DNA of 64,000 nt from Isurus oxyrinchus (taxonomy: Eukaryota), in NCBI GenBank assembly GCA_026770705.1, contig JANJGN010000034.1:7378001-7442000 (forward strand). The letters are read 5' to 3'. Below the pieces are notes generated by a model that did not search any database, had not been told where the DNA came from, and worked only from the letters and a program-made list of their open reading frames with translations. The first letter of the stretch is position 1. Each line of letters starts with the position of its first letter. Made by a program: the position numbers and the translations under genes. Of this stretch, positions 1-12,963 are shown piece by piece.

Positions 1-19
1 AACGCGTAAATATATTTAT

Positions 20-125
20 ATAGATAGATAAATAGATGGACAGGCAGATACACAGACAGATAGACAGAGATATAGAGAGATAGTTAGTAAGGCATGCAGG
101 TAGTTATGTACTTAGGTAGATAGTT
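20..125. repeat. Degenerate (GATA/GACA/GGTA)n simple repeat
   Basis: tagatagata...gacagatagacagagatatagagagatag...aggtagatag. Confidence 0.6.
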
Positions 126-289
126 GTCTGTTTAAGAGGCCTCATAATATTTTAGCTTATTTCAATATGTGGAATTCGCTCCCACAAGGAGCAGCACGAG
201 CTGAAAAGCATAGATGCATTTACATGAAAGCTGGACAACTACACACTATGTAATTATTAGAGTTAACAATGATGCTGCAATATATTTTA

Positions 290-395
290 ACCGTTCATGA
301 GATGCAGAAGTCGCTTTCAAGGTGCCCGTGCCTAATGAACACCTTGACAGAGGTGGTGAGCCGCCTTCTTGAACAGCTGCAGTCTTCTGGTGTAT
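290..395 (-). mobile_element. 3' tail fragment of an abundant CR1-group LINE (family A in this report)
   Basis: Reverse complement of GACTGCAGCTGTTCAAGAAGGCGGCTCACCACC; the same motif recurs at ~9190-9220, ~24870-24895 and ~56250-56280. Confidence 0.7.
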
Positions 396-422
396 TTTGT
401 TAGAAGTGGGTCAATTTGTTCC

Positions 423-643
423 TCCGCCAAATCCATAGAGACTGCGGCACTAGCATTTCAGGGCATACACCACATCAATGGCTGTGATCGTCTTACGTTT
501 GGCCTGCTCCATGTAGGTGACCGCATCTCTGAAGAAGTTTCCAGAATACCCTTCAGTATCCTGTGGGGCTCCTCGTAGATCAGACCCAAAACCCGCTTGA
601 CACCGCCACGGGCTGGTTTGATGATGCCCGGGATCTTCTGGAG
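423..643 (-). pseudogene. H4: Histone H4 pseudogene (5'-truncated, antisense in an intron)
   Basis: Minus strand reads [35 protein letters not shown], then after a frameshift [35 protein letters not shown]. Canonical H4 is [81 protein letters not shown]. Lesions: ~6-aa deletion, frameshift near 535, in-frame TAG at 450-452. Confidence 0.93.
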
Positions 644-689
644 TGGGTTCACCTAATGCTTAATTATGGCGGCATTTCAGGATTATCCC

Positions 690-1050
690 AGCCACATTCA
701 CTTCACGTAACGATGACATCTTTCCAACTCAGCCTTGTGTATGATTTGGAGTGGAATTTCAAGCTGATGGTGCTTTCATGCCCTTGTTTCTCTTGTTGAT
801 CTAGACATTGGACAACCCTTGCTCGGAAAGTGTTGTCAATTGATGTTGCAGAGTTGTTGGAGTGCCTCTTGCAAATGATACACAGTGTGTGTCGAATTTG
901 GTGGCAATGAGTTCTTGAAGTCATTGGAGTGACAGTCCAGTGCGATCTTTTGGCCTTGGTGGTGTCGAGCACTGTCAGTTTTGGTTCAGTTGTAATCATC
1001 CAGTCAAGCGGGACCATCCAATCACATCCATGGTTTGTGACCAGCAAATG
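690..1050 (-). mobile_element. Decayed family A LINE ORF2 C-terminal fragment
   Basis: ORF 703..1056 peptide LDTTKAKR...LCIICKRHSNNS parallels better-preserved copies such as LDIIHDKAAHL...VVCTIYKMRCSNSP at 56466-56723. Confidence 0.65.
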
Positions 1051-1526
1051 GTGCACTGTGATTTGGCAGTCACAAGGTGATTTACTTGCCTCAGAATATT
1101 TTGACCTTTTCTTGCGGACACAATATGTTCTGCCTCATTCAACTTTGTTGTTTACAATCCTAAATTTTGCAATTAAATTAAATTAAACTTTTGCAATGCT
1201 AAACGTGTTAGCAGTTAAGGGTTCCACAACTGTGATGGTATTCAACATTAAAGAGGTGTGGCTTTCACTCCCTCTCAGGCCCACTGCCAGACCTATGTTT
1301 TACCCCGTATTTATATACATTTCGTTTTGCTAGTGCATAGAATAAATACAATCCAATAAAACACATATAGCTATATATTGCTGCTTAATTTCTGTACATC
1401 CGCACACATTCATTTGTCCTAAAACATCAGAGAAGTGTTTATTGCAACAAATATGTTTCTTTATTGACCACCTGCGAAATATCTCCACGCTGAACCATTC
1501 TTTTTCTCTCTTATTAAAATTAACAG

Positions 1527-1553
1527 AGGGGAAGCTGGCCAATATAACGAAAG
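1527..1553 (+). CDS. Microexon 1, 27 nt, (E)GKLANITK, GC donor
   Basis: tttttctctcttattaaaattaacag|AGGGGAAGCTGGCCAATATAACGAAAG|gcaagt. Confidence 0.8.
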
Positions 1554-3384
1554 GCAAGTACCCATACAACCACGGGGAGGGGCTTGTTGCATATGCTAAC
1601 TTGCCTATTGTGCATAATCGATCATTCCGCGTTACAAAAACCAATTAATTTCATTTCCAGTAGTGCGGCCTCCTGTAATTTGATTCTGGAAGATTCTTTA
1701 GATTTTGAGTGGAGGCAGAAAAAAGGGTTTTGTGTCGGGATCTTATTTTCATTGATAGCAACAATGGAAATTAAACGCAAGTAATGGACATCACGTGTGA
1801 TATTTTATGGCCTGGTCATGCCGGCGGGGCCATAACATGTGGCGAGCTGTTCAAAAGCCCATTGGCGTTGGCATCGCCGGAATCAGAAATTCTCGCTGGC
1901 GTGTGGCTCCAAACAGGTGGGCTATCGGCAATTGCCTCTTGAAGGAAAGTTCTATTAGTTGCGGGGTTGGGGGCGGAGGAAGGTGGCGGCGTGTTGCAGC
2001 GGGGCGGAGGGTGGGTGTGATTGGCTGTGATAGTATTCAGCAGTTAGATCAAAATTGCTGCTAACTGAACTGACGCCTGGTTGGTGCTGGCCATGGTTTC
2101 TAATGGCCAGTGGAAGCAGGGTGTGACATTGAGATGGTCAGCTGTGTAAATCGGGGTTTAGAGGCAGCGCAGACTCGTTTTTCCCATTTGCCCCACTGTT
2201 GGGCCTCTGTGGATGAGAAGATGATCAATAATGGACTAAGTGGATATCGCAACAATGTGAGGGATTGGAGAGAGTGCTTTTCTATTAGGCCATGTGGTAA
2301 CAGACCTTACAGGCAGAAATAAGAGTGCTGGTCAGCAGAATGAATAAGCTGTATTCTCAATTAATATTAACAACCTCAAGGGTAAAAATATATGCATTTC
2401 CACCTGCATCACGACAAGGGATGGAACAATTAAAGCTCAAATCAATGAGACGCATGAGAAGAGGGGATTTTGGTTCATGGGACACTGGCACCAACACCGA
2501 GGAAAGAGGGAGCATCTTTTTTTATGAGGTGTTGGTGAGCCATGGGCAAAGCCAGCATTTTTTGTGAAATCAGGGGGTCAACGATATTGCTGGTCGCCTG
2601 TAGTCACATGTAAGCCAGTGCCGGAAAACACACCAGATTTACATCCCTGAAAAGAATTAATAAAATCGATCAGTTCCTTTCGATTCCAGGTTTCATTCAT
2701 TGAATGTAAATTCCGACTCCCAGTGCATTTGCTACATTTCCTTTAATCGTTAATACAGCGGTGTTGACATGTCGCCAATATCTGCCCTAAAAGTGCATCT
2801 TCACCATTGTAAACGGCAGCACTTCCATAGGGCGGCGATACGCGACATTGTGAATGCTATGACCAGGGCTGTTGACAGGGAATGAAACTAAAATGAAATG
2901 TGGGGGTGGTCTATGGAAAGGAACATTTAGAAAACTCAAAAGGGAAATCGAAGCAAAAGAACGGTACAGCGATTTGTATAAAGTGAATGACAGTGACACA
3001 GGAAAGAATGGCGTTGGCAACGAGATTCTTGCATTAGCCAAAATGGTCCGTGGAACTAATTGTGGTAGGTAAGAGATGAATATATTTGTCTATTGACCAG
3101 TGCAGAGCCCTGCTTACAAGGTAACCGAAGCTAGACAATGAACATTCATTTGTAATAGACAGTATTTGTAATACACAGGCAGCACCAGGAAAGAGGTAAA
3201 AAGGGAATTAGCCTAGTCGGAGCATGGCACCTGTTTGGATACCTCTTTGAAAGTGCCAGCACAACCATGTCTGGCTGACTGGCATCCTTCTCAGGTGTAT
3301 GATTGATTCATTATATCAGGAAATGAAGCAAATTTGAAAAAGTTGAAGGAATTGGGTGAGGGATCACCAATGAATAGAATTCTG

Positions 3385-3770
3385 AATTCTGAGAGGGAAC
3401 GAATAGAGGTGTTTATAATTATGGTCAATTTTGTTAGAGTGAACACAGAGACAATTCTTCCTCTTGCGATAGGTGCATCTTTAGAGTCCATTGATATGAG
3501 ATAGTAACCAAGAAATCCAATTGGGGATGTCGAGGAATCTTCTTTTCTCAAAGAGTGATGTGAATGTAGAACAGGCTACAACAGGCGTGGTCGAAGCGAG
3601 TGGCATTGATGCATGCTGCTAATGAGACATGGGTGGGAGAGTGTAGTGGAGAGTAACGATGCCAGATGTGGAAAGATGCGAGGAGACTTGAGTTATCTCT
3701 AAACAGCTGCATGCTCTCGGTGGGCCTAATGGCCTCTATCAGTGCCAGATATCGTTCATAATTCTATGTG
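3385..3770 (+). mobile_element. Decayed CR1 3' end
   Basis: gagagggaacgaatagaggtgtttataattatg (RGDLIEVFKIM-like) followed by an attctatg-type tail. Confidence 0.6.
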
Positions 3771-4037
3771 TCGCGAGGAATTGTCTATTTCTGATCAATA
3801 ATCCCGTATTTAAAGTTGGGACTGGAATGCTACATCTAATTGTATGCGTGGTGCTAACATTGAATTCGCTTCTTGCACATAAACAACATTAACCATTGGA
3901 TGTGTGTGCGAATGTATCAAGGTACTTACATTCTTTTCAACTCAAAGGACCATTTCGATTTCAAAAAAGTACGGTAGACAAATACCGGGTAAAGCCGTAT
4001 GCAGCAGAATTATCTAAATCCAAACGCAAACATACAT

Positions 4038-4220
4038 TCTCTCTCACTCTCTCTCTCTCTCTCCCTTTCTCCCTCTCCCTCACACGCACACACACAGAAA
4101 CATTGACACACACACACACGCACACACACGAAACATTGACACACACGCGCATAAAAAGTGATAGAGCGAAACGGACGCGCACACACACACACAAAAACAC
4201 AAAATGATAGACATACACAC
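4038..4220. repeat. Compound (CT)n/(CA)n microsatellite
   Basis: ctctctctct... then interrupted cacacaca runs, with aaacattgacacacac occurring twice. Confidence 0.85.
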
Positions 4221-5195
4221 ATATATATTTAGTCACCCTTTTTTACAGTTATGGTGGAATAGAAATTATCAAAACCACAAAACAATCACTATCTTGTAAC
4301 CAAAATCCATTCATTCAAATTCACATCCCGAGAATCTCACGTTGATGAAGTTTCTGTTCCAGGATAATTGCGAACGATTCATTTTTTTTTGTAAATGTGG
4401 CATCCCTAATCTCAATAGTAAACCATGTTGTCATAACAATAACACATAGCATTCATTGCCATTGCAGGTCTATACTATTCTGACCTTCAGAGAAGAAGAG
4501 CCTTTTTTTTTGTGCTTCCAAATTCCTGTCCAAGTCATTGGTGCATACACGACGTATCTGCCTGAGTTTGCATTCTGATTTCTCGTAACGGTTCGGGACC
4601 GTAATTCCTATTACCGCTAACAACTGTACTTTTAGTTGATCCCCGATTTACAGACACCAAAATACTGAAAAACGTCCATGAATGGATGCATTGATTCTGG
4701 ATTGCTCATCATGCATTTTACAGTTTCCTTCCAGTTCTGCCGGTAAAAGGGATGCCACGAAATGTCTCCGGATTAGAGTGACACTGAATGAAATTGTAAT
4801 GGTTTACGCAGTTCCAATAAAATAAACTTGCATTAACTTGCGCTTTTAATGGAGCACCGCGAAATAAAGTGCGTGACAACTGCGTTATCTGCATAAACTG
4901 ATTCAATGTGTATCAATTGTTGCCCAAACTTGGCCAAAGATGTGGGTTTAAAGCAGCAACACAGTATTACATCGACAAATCATCAAATCAGTGTATGTGC
5001 AAAATGGACTTGTCCAGGCAGAAGCAACAAAAGCAAGTCGAAAAATTTAAATTTAAAACCAATTTGCCTATCGACATAACAATTTATGGTGCAATTCCAT
5101 TATTAACATGTACTGTGCAGTTCATCACTTGCACTAGCCATCAACTCATTTGACCCTACAAAACATAATGCCCACTTAACGTTTTAATCTCCCAG

Positions 5196-5231
5196 AATTC
5201 CAAGACTTAAGGGACAGCCTTGAAGCTAAAG
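5196..5231 (+). CDS. Microexon 2, 36 nt, EFQDLRDSLEAK
   Basis: cttaacgttttaatctcccag|AATTCCAAGACTTAAGGGACAGCCTTGAAGCTAAAG|gtacat. Confidence 0.82.
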
Positions 5232-5739
5232 GTACATGAATGCATTGTTTATAATTATTTATTATTGTCGTTAACATCCAGATTCGACAATTCTTACAAC
5301 TCGTAGCTTTGGTTAAAATGCAAGCAGCGCAGTAGAGTTCACTTGAGGATGAGTGAAATTAACAAGCATATAAATTACATTAAACGTATTTAGGGACTAA
5401 GTGAGCAAAACTGAATATAATGCGAATCAGAGGAGAGGGCGATGGCGGGCGATGGTGGGTGGGTTGTGCCAAATCTTTTCACTGGTTGGAGTCGTGCCGA
5501 GTTAGAAACAAGACTTATGTTTTTTTCTGAAGCCGATCATGTTACCCCTAGGAGAGAGTTGCAGGGGTTTTCAGCGGTAATATCCGAGTCACAGATACAT
5601 TCAGCCACCCAGCATAACCTCAGGAGTGAAAATATTCGGTGATGGTGGCAAATTTGCACCTCACACATACTCAAACATTCGCACAGTGAGAAGCGGAAAT
5701 CATTTAGCTCTGCGTTAATGATTCTCAAGGAACATGCAC

Positions 5740-6450
5740 ACCAGAAAAACACCAGAGAATGGCCATCTCCAAGAAAATGTATGTTAAGAATCTCCTCTTG
5801 ATATTTAATGGTATTACTATCGTTGACTCCCCATCATGAGCATGCTAGGAATTACCAGTGATAAGCAATTTAACGAGACAAGCTATATAAATACTCTGGC
5901 TGTATTGTAAAGGTCAGATGCTGGTAAATTCCCCCAGGTAATTCACCTCCTGACTTATCAAAGCCAGTCCAACATTGACAATGTTCATGTAGGGAGTATG
6001 TTGGAATAATGGATTCTCTCCAGCAGCCTGGAAGATTGTAGGTCAAGGGCTATCAAATTCAGCATCATCTTGAATAATAACAGAAAGTGCTGGAAGTGCT
6101 CAGCAGGTCCACCATAGAGGTATTGTGGCAGCAATGTGAACTATCTACAAGATGGAGTGCAACATCTCGACAAGGCTCCTTCAGCAGGGCTTTCCAATTC
6201 CGACACTACTAGGTACAAAAACAAGGGCAGCAGCCATGTGTAACATCACTCTCTTTGTGATTTCATTCATGTCCCACAACAACATGGCTTGTGCTGTTAT
6301 CGCCCTTTTACCACTAAGACAAGATCCTGGAACTCACTCCCTAATAGCACTCTGACTGTACCTCCAACACGTGCACTGCAGCAGTTGAATAAAACAGCTA
6401 GGTACCATGTTATCGAGGTAATTATGGGGAATCTAAATGCCAGCAACGCT
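5740..6450 (+). mobile_element. Decayed family A LINE 3' portion
   Basis: Colinear with the copy at 24250-24945 (aattcacctcctgact...tacaagatg...caaggctccttcagcag...cctggaactcactccctaatagcac). Confidence 0.65.
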
Positions 6451-6894
6451 CAAATCCAAAGAACGATAAAAAAAAGAGACCACACTTGACGGGCTGCACA
6501 GAAATATGCCCTCCGTACAACTCGGCAGGTCCACAATTGGAGCACTGTTCACCTTTCTGGTCAACAAATAATAGAAAGTAATACATAGTTGTCTAAAGTG
6601 CGGAAAATCATTGACCAGGATGATTCTAGAGCTTGGAGAAAACAATTAATGGGCGGAGGTACTATTGTCCAACAGAGGAGACAAAATAGAAATTTTGAAT
6701 ATTATGAAACAGTTTGATCGGCTACTGGTATAGAATATACTTCCATAATTGCGGAAGAAATAAACTAGCAGAGATAACGGAGCTATCATAAGGTAGTCAT
6801 GAATAACCTAAAGAAGGAAATCAGGCTAAACATATTTACGTGGAGAGTGATGCGAAATTGGAATGTTATACTAAATGGAGTGTTTGTGGGAATA

Positions 6895-7110
6895 AAAACA
6901 GGAAGTACTAGGAAAACTCAACCGGCCTGACAGCACCTGTGGAGAAAGAAACACGGTTGAAGTTTCGAGTCAAATCTGACTCTTCGGAACTGCAGAAGTA
7001 GAAATGTGAATGGTCTAATTCTTTTTAAAAAGTGGGTAGAGACAGGTGGAGCAAAACAGAAAGTCAGGGATAGGTTAGAGACCACGGGAGAAAAAAATAA
7101 CAAAAATGCC
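6895..7110. mobile_element. Penelope-type repeat remnant
   Basis: aaacaggaagtactaggaaaactcaaccggcctgacagcacctgtggagaaagaaac...gtttcgagtc; same motif family as 18175-18305 and 33105-33296. Confidence 0.55.
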
Positions 7111-8089
7111 ATGGAATATCATTTAAGGCAATGGCAATGATTTTAAAGGAACAAAGCTTGATCGGATTCGGTGTTTATAGCAGAATAAGAGTTGGGGCAG
7201 AATAACATGAGCATTTGCGACAAAAGGCTGAGAGATAGAGCTGTTTAGAAACATGCAATAGAGAAGAAAAGAATGAGTATGGCCGCTGAGTGAGATGAAT
7301 TGGCTTGGGAGGAGTGCAGTGGGAAATGTAATTATCAAGATATTCTTGCTGTGCCGAATTACAAGAACTGTTAATATTTCCACTACTATCATTCTCCACT
7401 GATAAGCTAATATAATTATGATGGAATGATAGAATGTTCAAAACAGAATGATCCCATATCTGCACAGTCTTCTTAAAATTATGTCCCGATTACCCTGCAT
7501 TATTATCAATTTCAAGTAATTATTTAAATCCCTTTTGAAAATTCCTGTTGAATTTGCTTCCACCGCCCTTTCAGACAGTCTATTTTAGATCATAATAAAT
7601 CACTGTGCTTATGGCATCTCCTAATCTTAGCTCTCGTTCCTCTGATACCTTGAAACTGCATCCATTGGTTGCTGACAATTCTGCAGATGGAATAATTTCT
7701 CCGTATTTAGTATCCCAAAATTTGATGATTTAACAATCCTATTATAGATGCTTTAAACGTGCTCTGCATGGATAATGGCAACTTGCCTTGCATCCCAATG
7801 TAATTAATTTCTCAATTCTGCCATCATTCTAGTACCTACCCTCTGCATAGTAAGCTCGTCCTCGACATCCCTCTGAATGTGTATTGGGTATAATCGGAAA
7901 TAATAACCCAATATAGCTGAGGCCGAAGAAATGAGTTACTAGATGTAAGCATAAAAGACTTATATTTTCCAGTTTCTCGAATAAAAAAAATGACTTGGCG
8001 TGATAATCAAGTAGTGAGGTATTTTATTGTACATGAAGCTGAACACACTTGCTTCAAATATTATTAACATGATGAATATGCTTTATTAG

Positions 8090-8116
8090 ACCAAGCATTA
8101 GCAAAGAAAGACAAAG
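8090..8116 (+). CDS. Microexon 3, 27 nt, DQALAKKDK, GC donor
   Basis: atatgctttattag|ACCAAGCATTAGCAAAGAAAGACAAAG|gcgagt; peptide is paralogous to exon 7 (EQEMAKKDR). Confidence 0.83.
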
Positions 8117-8989
8117 GCGAGTTATTTTATATTATTCTATGCATTGCATAAAATTTTCAGCGTTTAAACTTTTGTATTTTTTTCTTTGTTTTTCTTTCCT
8201 GGGTTTTGGGCATCGCAGGAAAGTCCAGCATTTGGCTTCCATACTTAATAGCACTTGAGGTTAAAAAAAATCACATTGCTGGGGGTCTCATTTTGGTCAG
8301 AGCCAGTAAGGAAGACATATTTCCTCGCCTAAAGGTCATCCATGACACTTACCAATGCCATGGACACCATGATTAAGTCAAGCTTCATATTCCAGGTTTA
8401 TGAATGTAATTTAAATTTGCAAGAACTACCACAGTGGGATTTCAATCTATCTTCCCAGAGTATTGCTAATCCAGCCAGCTACAATATCAACGTTTTTTTG
8501 CAGGTTATCAGATAATGGGTTATAAACAACCATGTTCCGTTAGCCTAATCATTTGATCCATTATTATAAGAAGCAATTTATTTCTCTGATTCAATTTCCT
8601 TGTTCACATACTCCCTTGGGTGGTCATCACAACATTAAGCACCTACTTGATGTGTGTTTACGTTTTGTGTTTCTTGCAATGGTTGACCATAGTTACGTAT
8701 AATAAACACGTTGCAAAATATTTTATAATGCTGATGAAAGGTTAGCCTTTTCACCAAGGGGGGTGGATTGCGAAAAACTGTAAACTCATTTCACAGGTGT
8801 GCAAATTTCTGGTTTCACACATTTTATATCATTTGGTTCACTTCAGGGAAACAAACATCAGGAAGGATATACTGACCTTGAAATAAGTGCAACAGTTATT
8901 CATTAGAGCAAACCTGGACTACAGGTGCTGAACACAAATCTGCTTAACGATAAGCTTTTCTCAAAACAAGGAAAGCTCTTGTTGAGTTG

Positions 8990-9305
8990 CACTGCAGCAT
9001 TTTCCAATCACTCGGCCCCTACATCCTAGCAAGACAAGGGCTGTAGTTGCATGGAAACACCACCACCTGCAGGTTTCCCTCCAAGCCACACAACATCCTC
9101 ACTTGGAAAAGGTTGCAATTTCTTCACCGTCATTAGACCAAAATCCTTCCCTCCCTAACAACACTACGTGTATACCTGCACCAGATGGACTGCCGTGGTT
9201 CAAGAAGACGGCTCACCACTGCCTTTTCAAGGGCAATTATGGAAGGGTAATAAATGCTGGCCTAGCCAGCGACACCAACACCCAATGAAAGAAGAATAAA
9301 AAGAA
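8990..9305 (+). mobile_element. Family A LINE 3' end with A-rich tail
   Basis: Encodes ...SLPNNTTCIPAPDGLPWFKKTAHHCLFKGN, then aataaatgctggcctagccagcgacacc...gaataaaaagaaaa. Confidence 0.8.
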
Positions 9306-9659
9306 AATCCGGGGACCGTAACTGCCTTATTGAACAATTGATTACAGTATCTCTTCCACAATGTCTAACATTAACTCTCACCAATAATTACTCTATAAAC
9401 AGTACCTCTCACTTAATGCATGTCACACCCTCACACATGTTATGTTAACTCTTAAACCATGGTTGTTTCTCATGCTTTCCCACACACTGATGCCCCTGGC
9501 CGATATATGCGGGTTCCTTCTCTCACAAGGTGGTGAGTTAAGAGAAGCCATATCCACCTTTGAACCTTAATTCCTATATCTCATACATGAGTCTTGAGTG
9601 GACTATTCAAAACGTTGCCAAGCCAACCATGAAACAAACCATTCCCATTTTCCTAACAG

Positions 9660-9695
9660 AATTAGAGAAACTACGAAAGAGTAACTTGGACTGTG
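9660..9695 (+). CDS. Microexon 4, 36 nt, ELEKLRKSNLDC
   Basis: attcccattttcctaacag|AATTAGAGAAACTACGAAAGAGTAACTTGGACTGTG|gtgagt. Confidence 0.9.
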
Positions 9696-10414
9696 GTGAG
9701 TGCAAGAATATTGGGATCAGTGTCGTTATTCAAAGCCAGGCAATTAGCACATTCATTTGTCGGCCATTACATGTGCATCTTCCTCTAGGAAATGTGTTTC
9801 TGCTAGGCTACTGGGAGAGTTTGTGTATCAGTTGCAATTGAGTATTATTCCATAACATCGAATTTTTTAAGAAACACAACTACAAAGCTTGCAAATATTC
9901 ATCAAAAATAACTGGATAACTCTGAGCGACACTGATCTCATTGTGGTAGAACTTTGTATTTGGCAGAAGCATAAAAATGCTGCTATTTGATTGACTGCAT
10001 TAATTTCCGTCAATGCTAAAGTCCAATGGCTGCACTGGACCTGACTATTGTGCTGGATGTGATGCGATAACTAGCAATGAAAATAATTTGACTTAATATG
10101 GACTTCCTTCATCTAAGGAAAGTCTCCACAAATGACTCAAAGCAACAAAAGTGTGACCGCACATCTCAGATGGAGCAATTAGGAAACATTGTCTAAATCT
10201 TGGTCAAACAGATGATTCTTATTGAACATCTGAAAGAAGCAGAACAATAGTGGAGAATTTTAGGGAAGGCATTCTAAAGCTTAGACCCTAGGGAACTGAA
10301 GGGTCGAGCAACAATATTGCAGCCGTGATTTCTTTGGATATCCACAGTACAAATTGGAAGACTGAGAAATTGTAAGGACGTTAAATGATTGGATGTTACC
10401 AGTGGTGTGTTTGC

Positions 10415-10416
<2 letters not shown>

Positions 10417-10472
<56 letters not shown>
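10417..10472. repeat. (GT)~28 microsatellite
   Basis: Perfect GT dinucleotide run. Confidence 0.95.
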
Positions 10473-10475
<3 letters not shown>

Positions 10476-12109
10476 TTCCAGGGTGGGTGGTGACATCTGA
10501 TAGAGTTAAATATGACAATCACAGGCAGTGTCGGGCACTACACTACAGTTCAGTAAGCACAAAGGCACATATGTGAAAAGGACTTGTGCTTTTGGATAAG
10601 AAAGCAATTTTGGCTGAGATAGGACTTATGATGTGAAAGGCCGGCCAGCAAATTGGGTCGAATTTCACCAGACTTCAAACCCCATTGTGAACGGTTAATA
10701 CGACGTGGTCAGCCTAATTTAGTTTCTCCAGGATAATGCACACAAGCATGGATTCCAAATCTTACAGACTCATTAGCACTGCGAGCATTGAAGAAGGGCA
10801 TTTAACCGATTATGGTCTCTCCGGCTGGCAAGGAGCCTTACGGCCTAAGTGAATTTTCCAGCTCTAGGAATAAAGACTTATGATTTCCAATACTTCAAGT
10901 GGGCATGCCAGGAATTCTTTAAAATGTTAGAAGTGTTCCTGCCTCTGCCATTCTTTAAAATTGGCTTCCAGTTCCCCAACAATCTTGAAGTGGAAGAATT
11001 TCCCCCAATATTTCTCAACCAAATTTATGCCCCGTGATTGTGGACAGCTAAAATGTGGTAAATAGACCCGCTGTATCCACTTTACTTGGACGTTAAATAA
11101 TTTTAGGCAAATACTTAGGCAGCGCTTAGCCTCCTCTGTTCCAAAATAAACATCGATAGCCTGGATCCTCCCTCCTAATTTTCTAAACATTTCCAGTCCA
11201 ATTATCTGGTATCTGCAAAACTTGTCAGAACGTCTAGGAAACTCCTGTGCATTAATTGCACAGCTCGGTTTATTATTTATCAGAAATAACAACGGTGGTT
11301 TGACAGGCAACCTAAAATCATGCAATCGGTGAACAAAGAGTCATGAAGTTCTCCGATTGGCTGGACAAAGATGGGGAGGTTAATGTAGAGAGGCAAGAGA
11401 ATGGAAACGCCAGGTGAATAAAGGTGGGAGCATGAGACACGCTGTGTTAGGTCCAGTGATGCAATAGAATGAACTGTGCAAGTTTCCAGGCAACATAATA
11501 TAAAAATAACACATACATACTGAGAAAGTTATAAATAAAAACGGAATTAAAATAAAAGCCTTGCATTTATACTTGACTTGTCACAACCACCTGACGCCTT
11601 AAAGTGTTTCTCTTAATGCCAGCAGAGCACACGTTTCAAGAATAGAACCAGAAGTAAAATGTTACAAATATTATGAATGCCAGTACAGACTGAGATATTT
11701 TCTCTGGAAATCCGGTTCCTTCATCAGATGAGCTGATGAAGGTTTTTAGAATGATGAATTACCTGAAAAGAGAGACTTATAGAAATTTGCTCCTGGTCTC
11801 GTGGAGACTAAAACCTGGGGTCATCGAGAGATGATGGATATTACACATGTAATAGGTAATTCGGTAGAATATCATCTAACCAAATACTGGTGAGAATGTA
11901 GAAGTCGATAGTTCACTATTACTACAAATACAATTACAATAAATTATTCAATATTACTATGAGATTAATCAATACTAATCAACACTACGAAACTAATGAA
12001 TTAATTTGAACCGCCATGAATTTGCTAAACTGAAATTCGTGCTTGACTAATTCGATATTTTGATGTAGTATATGATATGTATTTCATATATAGCATTAAA
12101 TTAAACAAC

Positions 12110-12480
12110 AGGTATTGAGACAATGCTGCTTAGCACCTAACTGCGCTGGCTAGGGCACGCAATTAGAATGGACAAACATCGCATTCCAAGACAGCAGCTT
12201 ACAGAGAGCTAGCCTCTGGCAAAATAAACCATGGTCAGCTGTACAAGCGCTAGAAAGACATGCTTAAGGAAAATCTGAATTGTTGTGGCATAAAGCCTAA
12301 TGAGCTGCAAAACCAGCATCAGAAGCAATTCGTTGGAGACCACTAACATGACGAGTTTCTGACAATTTTGAAGAAGATCAACGTTAATGTCTTACTGTTG
12401 CTGGTGAACAATGTCGTAGAGCAGCATCTGTCCACCTCACAACATATGAGTTCCAAATCCGAAAGGTCACTGTGAGGCTA
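12110..12480 (+). mobile_element. RTE-clade LINE C-terminal fragment
   Basis: Translates, with stops and a frameshift, to LRWLGHAIRMDKHRIPRQ..YRELASGK..HGQ.YKR*KDMLKENL, matching the RTE motif LRWxGHxxRM...P..RxKD. Confidence 0.8.
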
Positions 12481-12560
12481 GGCTGGGACCACATTGTCAT
12501 ATCTGTTGTCATGATTGGTGAGTTTGCACATTTATCGTCTTCGAGAACTAGAAGCACAAG

Positions 12561-12598
<38 letters not shown>

Positions 12599-12600
12599 CC
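12561..12600. repeat. (CAT)~12 microsatellite
   Basis: catcatcat... run; the source of the poly-M and poly-I ORFs. Confidence 0.95.
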
Positions 12601-12963
12601 ATTATCTTAATTATCATTAACAGTAAAGTGCTAATATTTGTAACCTTAGTGGGAATTAATATGCCGTCGCAGATGGTAGGTGCATTTAAGAGGAAGTTTG
12701 ATAGATGCATGAGAGAATAACAGATAGAAAATCTGACAAATAGGATAACATGTAATCAGTTGATAGATGGCTCTTCTCTTTCATAAATAACAGCATCAAC
12801 AGTTAGAGCAAAAGGTCTGTTCGTCCGGTGTAAATTCAATGTTTCTATTAAATCTCACGTAATAACTCAAACCATTGTTTGTAATTGTTCCTTCTAAGTG
12901 TCAGTGATTGTGTTCCTTCATTCTTCACAATATATATTTTTTTTAAATCCTTGTTCATTACAG

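Noticed and set aside
2317-2352. EIRVLVSRMNKL, heptad-like and after an AG
   Set aside because: No donor at +36 and a poor acceptor; not distinguishable from chance.
3038-3064. 27-nt AG..GTAGGT segment (AKMVRGTNC)
   Set aside because: Weak acceptor, composition unlike the other exons, and it does not fit the alternation.
12384-12720. ORFs with poly-Met or poly-Ile resembling a TM segment
   Set aside because: Translation of the (CAT)n microsatellite.
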